Positions 28,901 through 41,682 of a stretch of DNA of 64,000 bases are shown piece after piece. The stretch lies in contig OZ024742.1 of assembly GCA_964016885.1 (NCBI GenBank), forward strand, positions 183,582,001 to 183,646,000. The letters are read 5' to 3'. The position numbers and the translations under genes were made by a program. The notes below the pieces were generated by a model. That model was not told where the DNA came from, ran no database searches, and saw nothing but the letters and a program-made list of their open reading frames with translations. Origin of the DNA: Eledone cirrhosa. Lineage: Eukaryota. How positions within the stretch are numbered: the stretch's first letter is position 1; every line of letters begins with the position of its first letter.

Positions 28901-31900
28901 TACAGTATAGATGGTATGTGTGTCTAGAGTGTGTTTACGGCTGTGTCTGTCAGACAGGGACATGTCTGTAAAGGTTACAATATAGATGGTATGTGTGTCT
29001 AGAGTGTGTTTACGGCTGTGTCTGTCAGACAGGGACACGTCTGTAAAGGTTACAATATAGATAGTATGTGTGTCTAGAGTGTGTTTACGGCTGTGTCTGT
29101 CAGGCAGGGACACGTCTGTAAAGGTTACAATATAGATAGTATGTGTGTCTAGAGTGTGTTTACGGCTGTGTCTGTCAGACAGGAACACGTCTGTAAAGGT
29201 TACAATATAGATAGTATGTGTGTCTAGAGTGTGTTTACGGCTGTGTCTGTCAGGCAGGGACACGTCTGTAAAGGTTACAATATAGATGGTATGTGTGTCT
29301 AGAGTGTGTTTACGGCTGTGTCTGTCAGGCAGGGACACGTCTGTAAAGGTTACAATATAGATGGTATGTGTGTCTAGAGTGTGTTTACGGCTGTGTCTGT
29401 CAGACAGGAACACGTCTGTAAAGGTTACAATATAGATAGTATGTGTGTCTAGAGTGTGTTTACGGCTGTGTCTGTCAGGCAGGGAGACGTCTGTAAAGGT
29501 TACAATATAGATAGTATGTGTGTCTAGAGTGTGTTTACGGCTGTGTCTGTCAGACAGGAACACGTCTGTAAAGGTTACAATATAGATAGTATGTGTGTCT
29601 AGAGTGTGTTTACGGCTGTGTCTGTCAGGCAGGGACACGTCTGTAAAGGTTACAATATAGATGGTATGTGTGTCTAGAGTGTGTTTACGGCTGTGTCTGT
29701 CAGGCAGGGACACGTCTGTAAAGGTTACAATATAGATGGTATGTGTGTCTAGAGTGTGTTTACGGCTGTGTCTGTCAGACAGGAACACGTCTGTAAAGGT
29801 TACAATATAGATAGTATGTGTGTCTAGAGTGTGTTTACGGCTGTGTCTGTCAGGCAGGGAGACGTCTGTAAAGGTTACAATATAGATAGTATGTGTGTCT
29901 AGAGTGTGTTTACGGCTGTGTCTGTCAGACAGGAACACGTCTGTAAAGGTTACAATATAGATAGTATGTGTGTCTAGAGTGTGTTTACGGCTGTGTCTGT
30001 CAGGCAGGGACACGTCTGTAAAGGTTACAATATAGATGGTATGTGTGTCTAGAGTGTGTTTACGGCTGTGTCTGTCAGGCAGGGACACGTCTGTAAAGGT
30101 TACAATATAGATGGTATGTGTGTCTAGAGTGTGTTTACGGCTGTGTCTGTCAGGCAGGGACACGTCTGTAAAGGTTACAATATAGATGGTATGTGTGTCT
30201 AGAGTGTGTTTACGGCTGTGTCTGTCAGACAGGGACACGTCCGTAAAGGTTACAATATAGATGGTATGTGTGTCTAGAGTGTGTTTACGGCTGTGTCTGT
30301 CAGGCAGGAACACGTCTGTAAAGGTTACAATATAGATAGTATGTGTGTCTAGAGTGTGTTTACGGCTGTGTCTGTCAGACAGGAACACGTCTGTAAAGGT
30401 TACAATATAGATGGTATGTGTGTCTAGAGTGTGTTTACGGCTGTGTCTGTCAGACAGGGACACGTCTGTAAAGGTTAAAATATAGATAGTATGTGTGTCT
30501 AGAGTGTGTTTACGGCTGTGTCTGTCAGACAGGGACACGTCTGTAAAGGTTACAATATAGATAGTATGTGTGTCTAGAGTGTGTTTACGGCTGTGTCTGT
30601 CAGGCAGGGACATGTCTGTAAATGTTACAATATAGATGGTATGTGTGTCTAGAGTGTGTTTACGGCTGTGTCTGTCAGGCAGGGACATGTCTGTAAATGT
30701 TACAATATAGATGGTATGTGTGTCTAGAGTGTGTTTACGGCTGTGTCTGTCAGAGAGGGACATGTCTGTAAAGGTTACAGTATAGATGGTATGTGTGTCT
30801 AGAGTGTGTTTACGGCTGTGTCTGTCAGACAGGGACATGTCTGTAAAGGTTACAATATAGATGGTATGTGTGTCTAGAGTGTGTTTACGGCTGTGTCTGT
30901 CAGACAGGGACACGTCTGTAAAGGTTACAATATAGATAGTATGTGTGTCTAGAGTGTGTTTACGGCTGTGTCTGTCAGGCAGGGACACGTCTGTAAAGGT
31001 TACAATATAGATAGTATGTGTGTCTAGAGTGTGTTTACGGCTGTGTCTGTCAGACAGGAACACGTCTGTAAAGGTTACAATATAGATAGTATGTGTGTCT
31101 AGAGTGTGTTTACGGCTGTGTCTGTCAGGCAGGGACACGTCTGTAAAGGTTACAATATAGATGGTATGTGTGTCTAGAGTGTGTTTACGGCTGTGTCTGT
31201 CAGGCAGGGACACGTCTGTAAAGGTTACAATATAGATGGTATGTGTGTCTAGAGTGTGTTTACGGCTGTGTCTGTCAGGCAGGGACACATCTGTAAAGGT
31301 TACAATATAGATGGTATGTGTGTCTAGAGTGTGTTTACGGCTGTGTCTGTCAGGCAGGGACACGTCTGTAAAGGTTACAATATAGATAGTATGTGTGTCT
31401 AGAGTGTGTTTACGGCTGTGTCTGTCAGGCAGGGACACGTCTGTAAAGGTTACAGTATAGATAGTATGTGTGTCTAGAGTGTGTTTACGGCTGTGTCTGT
31501 CAGACAGGAACACGTCTGTAAAGGTTACAATATAGATAGTATGTGTGTCTAGAGTGTGTTTACGGCTGTGTCTGTCAGGCAGGGACACGTCTGTAAAGGT
31601 TACAATATAGATGGTATGTGTGTCTAGAGTGTGTTTACGGCTGTGTCTGTCAGGCAGGGACACGTCTGTAAAGGTTACAATATAGATGGTATGTGTGTCT
31701 AGAGTGTGTTTACGGCTGTGTCTGTCAGACAGGAACACGTCTGTAAAGGTTACAATATAGATAGTATGTGTGTCTAGAGTGTGTTTACGGCTGTGTCTGT
31801 CAGGCAGGGAGACGTCTGTAAAGGTTACAATATAGATAGTATGTGTGTCTAGAGTGTGTTTACGGCTGTGTCTGTCAGACAGGAACACGTCTGTAAAGGT

Positions 31901-34900
31901 TACAATATAGATAGTATGTGTGTCTAGAGTGTGTTTACGGCTGTGTCTGTCAGGCAGGGACACGTCTGTAAAGGTTACAATATAGATGGTATGTGTGTCT
32001 AGAGTGTGTTTACGGCTGTGTCTGTCAGGCAGGGACACGTCTGTAAAGGTTACAATATAGATGGTATGTGTGTCTAGAGTGTGTTTACGGCTGTGTCTGT
32101 CAGACAGGAACACGTCTGTAAAGGTTACAATATAGATAGTATGTGTGTCTAGAGTGTGTTTACGGCTGTGTCTGTCAGGCAGGGAGACGTCTGTAAAGGT
32201 TACAATATAGATAGTATGTGTGTCTAGAGTGTGTTTACGGCTGTGTCTGTCAGACAGGAACACGTCTGTAAAGGTTACAATATAGATAGTATGTGTGTCT
32301 AGAGTGTGTTTACGGCTGTGTCTGTCAGGCAGGGACACGTCTGTAAAGGTTACAATATAGATGGTATGTGTGTCTAGAGTGTGTTTACGGCTGTGTCTGT
32401 CAGGCAGGGACACGTCTGTAAAGGTTACAATATAGATGGTATGTGTGTCTAGAGTGTGTTTACGGCTGTGTCTGTCAGGCAGGGACACGTCTGTAAAGGT
32501 TACAATATAGATGGTATGTGTGTCTAGAGTGTGTTTACGGCTGTGTCTGTCAGGCAGGGACACGTCTGTAAAGGTTACAATATAGATGGTATGTGTGTCT
32601 AGAGTGTGTTTACGGCTGTGTCTGTCAGGCAGGGACACGTCTGTAAAGGTTACAATATAGATGGTATGTGTGTCTAGAGTGTGTTTACGGCTGTGTCTGT
32701 CAGACAGGAACACGTCTGTAAAGGTTACAATATAGATGGTATGTGTGTCTAGAGTGTGTTTACGGCTGTGTCTGTCAGGCAGGGACACGTCTGTAAAGGT
32801 TACAATATAGATGGTATGTGTGTCTAGAGTGTGTTTACGGCTGTGTCTGTCAGACAGGAACACGTCTGTAAAGGTTACAATATAGATAGTATGTGTGTCT
32901 AGAGTGTGTTTACGGCTGTGTCTGTCAGGCAGGGACACGTCTGTAAAGGTTACAATATAGATGGTATGTGTGTCTAGAGTGTGTTTACGGCTGTGTCTGT
33001 CAAACAGGAACACGTCTGTAAAGGTTACAATATAGATAGTATGTGTGTCTAGAGTGTGTTTACGGCTGTGTCTGTCAGGCAGGGACACGTCTGTAAAGGT
33101 TACAATATAGATGGTATGTGTGTCTAGAGTGTGTTTACGGCTGTGTCTGTCAGACAGGAACACGTCTGTAAAGGTTACAATATAGATGGTATGTGTGTCT
33201 AGAGTGTGTTTACGGCTGTGTCTGTCAGGCAGGGACACGTCTGTAAAGGTTACAATATAGATGGTATGTGTGTCTAGAGTGTGTTTACGGCTGTGTCTGT
33301 CAGACAGGAACACGTCTGTAAAGGTTACAATATAGATAGTATGTGTGTCTAGAGTGTGTTTACGGCTGTGTCTGTCAGGCAGGGACACGTCTGTAAAGGT
33401 TACAATATAGATGGTATGTGTGTCTAGAGTGTGTTTACGGCTGTGTCTGTCAAACAGGAACACGTCTGTAAAGGTTACAATATAGATAGTATGTGTGTCT
33501 AGAGTGTGTTTACGGCTGTGTCTGTCAGGCAGGGACACGTCTGTAAAGGTTACAATATAGATGGTATGTGTGTCTAGAGTGTGTTTACGGCTGTGTCTGT
33601 CAGACAGGAACACGTCTGTAAAGGTTACAATATAGATGGTATGTGTGTCTAGAGTGTGTTTACGGCTGTGTCTGTCAGACAGGAACACGTCTGTAAAGGT
33701 TACAATATAGATGGTATGTGTGTCTAGAGTGTGTTTACGGCTGTGTCTGTCAGACAGGGACACGTCTGTAAAGGTTACAATATAGATAGTATGTGTGTCT
33801 AGAGTGTGTTTACGGCTGTGTCTGTCAGGCAGGGACACGTCTGTAAAGGTTACAATATAGATGGTATGTGTGTCTAGAGTGTGTTCACGGTTGTGTCTGT
33901 CAGACAGGGACACGTCTGTAAAGGTTACAATATAGATGGTATGTGTGTCTAGAGTGTGTTTACGGTTGTGTCTGTCAGGCAGGAACACGTCTGTAAAGGT
34001 TACAATATAGATGGTATGTGTGTCTAGAGTGTGTTTACGGTTGTGTCTGTCAGACAGGAACACGTCTGTAAAGGTTACAATATAGATAGTATGTGTGTCT
34101 AGAGTGTGTTTACGGCTGTGTCTGTCAGACAGGGACACGTCTGTAAAGGTTACAATATAGATGGTATGTGTGTCTAGAGTGTGTTTACGGTTGTGTCTGT
34201 CAGGCAGGAACACGTCTGTAAAGGTTACAATATAGATAGTATGTGTGTCTAGAGTGTGTTTACGTCTTTGTCTGTCAGACAGGGACATGTCTGTAAAGGT
34301 TACAATATAGATGGTATGTGTGTCTAGAGTGTGTTTACGTCTGTGTCTGTCAGACAGGGACATGTCTGTAAAGGTTACAATATAGATGGTATGTGTGTCT
34401 AGAGTGTGTTTACGGCTGTGTCTGTCAGACAGGGACATGTCTGTAAAGGTTACAATATAGATGGTATGTGTGTCTAGAGTGTGTTTACGTCTGTGTCTGT
34501 CAGACAGGGACACGTCTGTAAAGGTTACAATATAGATAGTATGTGTGTCTAGAGTGTGTTTACGGCTGTGTCTGTCAGACAGGAACACGTCTGTAAAGGT
34601 TACAATATAGATAGTATGTGTGTCTAGAGTGTGTTTACGGTTGTGTCTGTCAGGCAGGGACACGTCTGTAAAGGTTACAATATAGATGGTATGTGTGTCT
34701 AGAGTGTGTTTACGGTTGTGTCTGTCAGACAGGAACACGTCTGTAAAGGTTACAATATAGATGGTATGTGTGTCTAGAGTGTGTTTACGGCTGTGTCTGT
34801 CAGACAGGGACACGTCTGTAAAGGTTACAATATAGATGGTATGTGTGTCTAGAGTGTGTTTACGGCTGTGTCTGTCAGACAGGGACACGTCTGTAAAGGT

Positions 34901-37900
34901 TACAATATAGATAGTATGTGTGTCTAGAGTGTGTTTACGTCTGTGTCTGTCAGGCAGGAACACGTCTGTAAAGGTTACAATATAGATGGTATGTGTGTCT
35001 AGAGTGTGTTTACGGCTGTGTCTGTCAGACAAGAACACGTCTGTAAAGGTTACAATATAGATGGTATGTGTGTCTAGAGTGTGTTTACGGCTGTGTCTGT
35101 CAGACAGGGACACGTCTGTAAAGGTTACAATATAGATGGTATGTGTGTCTAGAGTGTGTTCACGGCTGTGTCTGTCAGACAGGGACACGTCTGTAAAGGT
35201 TACAATATAGATGGTATGTGTGTCTAGAGTGTGTTTACGGTTGTGTCTGTCAGACAGGAACACGTCTGTAAAGGTTACAATATAGATGGTATGTGTGTCT
35301 AGAGTGTGTCTAGCGCTGTGTCTGTCAGACAGGGACACGTCTGTAAAGGTTACAATATAGATAGTATGTGTGTCTAGAGTGTGTTTACGGCTGTGTCTGT
35401 CAGACAGGGACACGTCTGTAAAGGTTACAATATAGATGGTATGTGTGTCTAGAGTGTGTTTACGGTTGTGTCTGTCAGGCAGGAACACGTCTGTAAAGGT
35501 TACAATATAGATAGTATGTGTGTCTAGAGTGTGTTTACGTCTTTGTCTGTCAGACAGGGACATGTCTGTAAAGGTTACAATATAGATGGTATGTGTGTCT
35601 AGAGTGTGTTTACGTCTGTGTCTGTCAGACAGGGACATGTCTGTAAAGGTTACAATATAGATGGTATGTGTGTCTAGAGTGTGTTTACGGCTGTGTCTGT
35701 CAGACAGGGACATGTCTGTAAAGGTTACAATATAGATGGTATGTGTGTCTAGAGTGTGTTTACGTCTGTGTCTGTCAGACAGGGACACGTCTGTAAAGGT
35801 TACAATATAGATAGTATGTGTGTCTAGAGTGTGTTTACGGCTGTATCTGTCTGACAGGGACACGTCTGTAAAGGTTACAATATAGATAGTATGTGTGTCT
35901 AGAGTGTGTTTACGGCTGTGTCTGTCAGACAGGAACACGTCTGTAAAGGTTACAATATAGATAGTATGTGTGTCTAGAGTGTGTTTACGGCTGTGTCTGT
36001 CAGGCAGGGACACGTCTGTAAAGGTTACAATATAGATGGTATGTGTGTCTAGAGTGTGTTTACGGCTGTGTCTGTCAAACAGGAACACGTCTGTAAAGGT
36101 TACAATATAGATAGTATGTGTGTCTAGAGTGTGTTTACGGCTGTGTCTGTCAGGCAGGGACACGTCTGTAAAGGTTACAATATAGATGGTATGTGTGTCT
36201 AGAGTGTGTTTACGGCTGTGTCTGTCAGACAGGAACACGTCTGTAAAGGTTACAATATAGATGGTATGTGTGTCTAGAGTGTGTTTACGGCTGTGTCTGT
36301 CAGACAGGAACACGTCTGTAAAGGTTACAATATAGATGGTATGTGTGTCTAGAGTGTGTTTACGGCTGTGTCTGTCAGACAGGGACACGTCTGTAAAGGT
36401 TACAATATAGATAGTATGTGTGTCTAGAGTGTGTTTACGGCTGTGTCTGTCAGGCAGGGACACGTCTGTAAAGGTTACAATATAGATGGTATGTGTGTCT
36501 AGAGTGTGTTCACGGTTGTGTCTGTCAGACAGGGACACGTCTGTAAAGGTTACAATATAGATGGTATGTGTGTCTAGAGTGTGTTTACGGTTGTGTCTGT
36601 CAGGCAGGAACACGTCTGTAAAGGTTACAATATAGATGGTATGTGTGTCTAGAGTGTGTTTACGGTTGTGTCTGTCAGACAGGAACACGTCTGTAAAGGT
36701 TACAATATAGATAGTATGTGTGTCTAGAGTGTGTTTACGGCTGTGTCTGTCAGACAGGGACACGTCTGTAAAGGTTACAATATAGATGGTATGTGTGTCT
36801 AGAGTGTGTTTACGGTTGTGTCTGTCAGGCAGGAACACGTCTGTAAAGGTTACAATATAGATAGTATGTGTGTCTAGAGTGTGTTTACGTCTTTGTCTGT
36901 CAGACAGGGACATGTCTGTAAAGGTTACAATATAGATGGTATGTGTGTCTAGAGTGTGTTTACGTCTGTGTCTGTCAGACAGGGACACGTCTGTAAAGGT
37001 TACAATATAGATGGTATGTGTGTCTAGAGTGTGTTTACGGCTGTGTCTGTCAGACAGGGACACGTCTGTAAAGGTTACAATATAGATAGTATGTGTGTCT
37101 AGAGTGTGTTTACGTCTGTGTCTGTCAGGCAGGAACACGTCTGTAAAGGTTACAATATAGATGGTATGTGTGTCTAGAGTGTGTTTACGGCTGTGTCTGT
37201 CAGACAAGAACACGTCTGTAAAGGTTACAATATAGATGGTATGTGTGTCTAGAGTGTGTTTACGGCTGTGTCTGTCAGACAGGGACACGTCTGTAAAGGT
37301 TACAATATAGATGGTATGTGTGTCTAGAGTGTGTTCACGGCTGTGTCTGTCAGACAGGGACACGTCTGTAAAGGTTACAATATAGATGGTATGTGTGTCT
37401 AGAGTGTGTTTACGGTTGTGTCTGTCAGACAGGAACACGTCTGTAAAGGTTACAATATAGATGGTATGTGTGTCTAGAGTGTGTCTAGCGCTGTGTCTGT
37501 CAGACAGGGACACGTCTGTAAAGGTTACAATATAGATGGTATGTGTGTCTAGAGTGTGTTTACGGCTGTGTCTGTCAGACAGGGACACGTCTGTAAAGGT
37601 TACAATATAGATAGTATGTGTGTCTAGAGTGTGTTTACGTCTGTGTCTGTCAGGCAGGAACACGTCTGTAAAGGTTACAATATAGATGGTATGTGTGTCT
37701 AGAGTGTGTTTACGGCTGTGTCTGTCAGACAAGAACACGTCTGTAAAGGTTACAATATAGATGGTATGTGTGTCTAGAGTGTGTTTACGGCTGTGTCTGT
37801 CAGACAGGGACACGTCTGTAAAGGTTACAATATAGATGGTATGTGTGTCTAGAGTGTGTTCACGGCTGTGTCTGTCAGACAGGGACACGTCTGTAAAGGT

Positions 37901-38000
37901 TACAATATAGATAGTATGTGTGTCTAGAGTGTGTTTACGGCTGTGTCTGTCAGACAGGGACACGTCTGTAAAGGTTACAATATAGATGGTATGTGTGTCT
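25906..38000. repeat. Homogeneous 75-bp tandem satellite, about 161 units
   Basis: Unit AATATAGATRGTATGTGTGTCTAGAGTGTGTTTACGGCTGTGTCTGTCAGRCAGGRACACGTCTGTAAAGGTTAC. Degenerate monomers flank it at ~25385-25610 and ~38000-38100. Confidence 0.98.
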
Positions 38001-38256
38001 CAATGCATGTGTTTGTCAGACATAGATATTGATGAAAGGACCAGTATGTGGATATTGCGTGTGTTTATACATATTTTATCATAGATATATGTATGGAACT
38101 GTAATACCCGTTGGAGTCGCTGGAGCAATGTAGTGAGAAGTGTGTGAGAGAGAGGGAGAGAGGGCAAAACAAAGAGGTAGAGAGAGAGAGAGAGTATTGG
38201 CCACAAGTTCAGTTAATATTGCCTAGACAAAATGCATCGAAGACTATGCCTAGATT

Positions 38257-38339
<83 letters not shown>

Positions 38340-38426
38340 GTGTGTGTGTGTGTGTGTAATTGGTGTGAGATGCTTAAAGCGTCCGTAAGCGGTATGCCGC
38401 TTGGAAACTCTGCTTCGTAGAATCGA

Positions 38427-38521
38427 GACATATCTGAGGATCTTGCGATTTCAGAGTAAGGTTCGATCATTGCATCGATCGTGCCTCGAGCTGCTCGCCA
38501 GAGAAACGATTGTAATATGTC
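38427..38521 (+). ncRNA. Type I hammerhead ribozyme motif (HHR-A) with extended stem II
   Basis: Stem I GACATAT/ATATGTC, core CTGAGGA, stem II TCT.GCGA/TCGC.AGA, GAAAC-GATT-GTA cleavage triplet, followed by AATAAA and (TA)n. Confidence 0.7.
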
Positions 38522-38636
38522 TAATAAATCTTATTCGTCGCACCACTGATTCTCCGTTTCTTATGTGATATATATATATATATATATATTAATGAAAAAG
38601 AACAAAGGAACTATTATGACATTATAACAAGTTTAT

Positions 38637-38683
38637 TGCCGACAGCCGTTTCGTCCGACCATATGGTGGGACTTTTCAAGGCA
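38637..38683 (-). ncRNA. Minimal type I hammerhead ribozyme motif (HHR-B, mirror copy)
   Basis: Reverse complement of 40758-40804. Confidence 0.7.
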
Positions 38684-40757
38684 TATAACATGTGATTGTA
38701 AGTTCATTATTTACATCAACGTATCACTTAAGACTAGCAGTTTGAAATTGTGGTATACATCAGCAGCTCCGCTTGTATATTTGGGGTCTATATTCTAAGG
38801 GGGCTCTTTTATATTAGTTGTCGGAATTGTAAAAGGGATGGGTTATGGGGAGTTAAGAGAATTTGAAAATGGCCTGAGAGTCAGGGATTGAAGGTTAAAA
38901 ATTAGATAATTTATAATTTACGCAGTAAAAGTAAAAGACTTGGGATCTCGTAGAAGCACCTTAAAAAATCCCCCAATAAGTGCATAAAGCTTACAAGCCC
39001 CAATAAACTTAACAAACTAGAAGAGATTAAGAGACTAATAAAATAAAATAAAATAAAATAAAATAAAATAAAATAAAATAAAAAAATAAAGATATAAAGT
39101 TTCCCTAAAAAAATATATAAAGTTTCCCAAGAAGTTCCCTCGAGAGAAAAAAATTTCTTTCGAAAGAAAAAAACTTTCTTCCCCAGAGATCTCGTTAAAA
39201 AATTTCAGAAAATTTACGAAGTTTTGATAATCTCTACTAAGTTGAAAGAAACTAATCAATTAAAGGTTAATCCAAAAAACCTTCAATAAACTCAGAAAAG
39301 GCCCCTTTAATATTTTTAATAGGAACCTCCTCCGAGAGACACATAATGGATATCGCGCCCACAAGGTCACCTGTATTGTTTATCCTGCTGTATGTGTGTA
39401 AAGTATCCGTGCGTGGGATATCCCTGAGTACATTTTCTTGACTACCAATTGTTAATTGATTGTTTGTTAATTACGCAGGTGTATACCATTATGTCTTTGT
39501 TAATCATATGTGATGCTGTATGTGTGTAAAGTATCCGAGAGCGGGATATCCCTGAGCTAATTTTGCTTGACCGTTAATTGTTTATTGATTTTTTGTTAAT
39601 TAGGCAGGAATATATTATTATGTCTATGTTAATCCTGTATCAATAATTTTATAGTAATTTTTTAATCCTGTATCAATAGTTTTGTGATAATTTTGTAATA
39701 ATTTTATAATAATTTTATAATAATTTTGTGATAATTTTATAATAAATTTTTGATAGTACATTATTAGATTACTGAAGCTACCTTATACCTTCTTAAAAAT
39801 ACATTTTATAATTATTGTTTTTTAAAAATACATTTTATAATTATTGTCTTTTTGCTTATGTATTTTCTTACTTATAATTTTCTTTAATCTTGCCCAACTT
39901 GATAAGCTCTTTGAATTGCTCCCTAATTAAATTACTTAAATTACTTAAATTATTTTATCTATTATACTTAAGTTGTATCTGTTGAAGCAGCCCTTTGAAA
40001 ATTCCTCGGATATGCCAAATACCGTAATTTTTAACTTTTAATTTATAATTTTCCTCAATTCGTTTTTATATATCCTTAAAGGCTCTCTAAAATTTTAATT
40101 CTTCGAAGGGTCTCTCGGAGGAGGTTCCTATTAAAAATATTAAAGGGGCCTTTTCTGAGGGGTTTATTGAAGGCTTTTTGAATTAACTTTTAATTGATTA
40201 GTTTCTTTCAACTTAGTAGAGATTATCAAAACTTCGTAAATTTTCTGAAATTTTTTAACGAGATCTCTGGGGAAGAAAGTTTTTTTCTTTCGAAAGAAAT
40301 TTTTTTCTCTCGAGGGAACTTCTTGGGAAACTTTATATATTTTTTTAGTGAAACTTTATATCTTTATTTTTTTATTTTATTTTATTTTATTTTATTTTAT
40401 TAGTCTCTTAATCTCTTCTAGTTTGTTAAGTTTATTGGGGCTTGTAAGCTTTATGCACTTATTGAGGGATTTTTTAAGGTGCTTCTACGAGATCCCAAGT
40501 CTTTTACTTTTACTACGTAAATTATAAATTATCTAATTTTTAACCTTCAATCCCTGACTCAGGCCATTTTCAAATTCTCTTAACTCCCCATAAACCATCC
40601 CTTTTACAATTCCGACAACTAATATAAAAGAGCCCCCTTAGAATATAGACCCCAAATATACAAGCGGAGCTGCTGATGTATACCACAATTTCAAACTGCT
40701 AGTCTTAAGTGATACGTTGGACAAGACGACAAAATGAACTTACAATCACATGTTATA

Positions 40758-40804
40758 TGCCTTGAAAAGTCCCACCATATGGTCGGACGAAACGGCTGTC
40801 GGCA
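40758..40804 (+). ncRNA. Minimal type I hammerhead ribozyme motif (HHR-B)
   Basis: Stem I TGCC/GGCA, core TTGAAAA (U3-A8 covariant of CUGANGA), stem II GTCC/GGAC, GAAAC-GGCT-GTC, then AATAAA and (TA)n as in Penelope-like 3' ends. Confidence 0.72.
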
Positions 40805-40848
40805 ATAAACTTGTTATAATGTCATAATAGTTCCTTTGTTCTTTTTCA

Positions 40849-40908
<60 letters not shown>

Positions 40909-40967
40909 TATATATATATATCACATAAGAAACGGAGAATCAGTGGTGCGACGAATAAGATTTATTA

Positions 40968-41062
40968 GACATATTACAATCGTTTCTCTGGCGACCAGCT
41001 CGAGGCACGATCGATGCAATGATCGAACCTGACTCTGAAATCGCAAGATCCTCAGATATGTC
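40968..41062 (-). ncRNA. Hammerhead ribozyme motif (HHR-A, mirror copy)
   Basis: Reverse complement of 38427-38521. Confidence 0.7.
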
Positions 41063-41128
41063 TCGATTCTACGAAGCAGAGTTTCCAAGCGGCATACCGC
41101 TTACGGACGCTTTAAGCATCTCGCACCA

Positions 41129-41224
<96 letters not shown>

Positions 41225-41304
41225 AATCTAGGCATGGTCTTCGATGCATTTTGTCTAGGCAATATTAACTGATCTTGTGGCCAATACATTAAAGTATCTA
41301 ATTA

Positions 41305-41495
41305 GGGCGGTGGATTGGCAGTATCGGTAGAGGGTCGGACGCCATGCTTTCCAGCATAGTTACGTCCCTTTACGATCTGAGTTCAAATCCCGCCGAGGTT
41401 GACTTTGCCTTTCATCCTTACGGGGGCGATAAAATAAAGTACCAGTAATGCACTGGGTTATTGCTGGCCTTGTGCCTAAAGTAAAAACAATTATT
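41305..41495 (+). mobile_element. Full-length tRNA-derived Deu/Nin-type SINE
   Basis: GGCGGTGGATTGGCAGTATCGGTAGA (A box), GAGTTCAAATCCCGCC (B box), GTTGACTTTGCCTTTCATCC..GATAAAATAAAGTACCAG. Confidence 0.9.
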
Positions 41496-41622
41496 TCTTT
41501 TATGTGATGCAGCCTTAGTATTTTTATATACAAATATACATGTTTATTTTCAATATAGAAATAATAAAAAAGAAGGGGAAGTAAAAGGGAAGAAAGAATA
41601 GGGAAATATATAAAAAAAAGGA

Positions 41623-41682
<60 letters not shown>

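Larger units (their letters stand above)
38194..41287. repeat. Large inverted duplication: arms 38194-39340 and 40110-41287, spacer ~770 bp
   Basis: The arms are near-identical reverse complements (mirror ORFs 39035/40194 and 38213/41019) and differ in microsatellite length and a few sites. Confidence 0.95.

Noticed and set aside
26162-37963. 3933-aa ORF as a protein-coding gene
   Set aside because: It lies entirely within a 75-bp satellite, with no unique N- or C-terminus, signal peptide or domain.
25906-38000. CRISPR-like array
   Set aside because: There are no unique spacers; the units are contiguous near-identical monomers in a eukaryotic context.
39035-40403. Mirror ORFs MISFFQLSRDY.. 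as duplicated genes
   Set aside because: Short, non-ATG, AT-biased frames produced by the inverted duplication.
38194-41287. Foldback/MULE DNA transposon with 1.1-kb TIRs
   Set aside because: No target-site duplication or transposase, and the arms are composites of microsatellites and PLE-like ends.
41305-41395. tRNA gene
   Set aside because: The A and B boxes belong to a multi-copy SINE head; no complete cloverleaf is evident.
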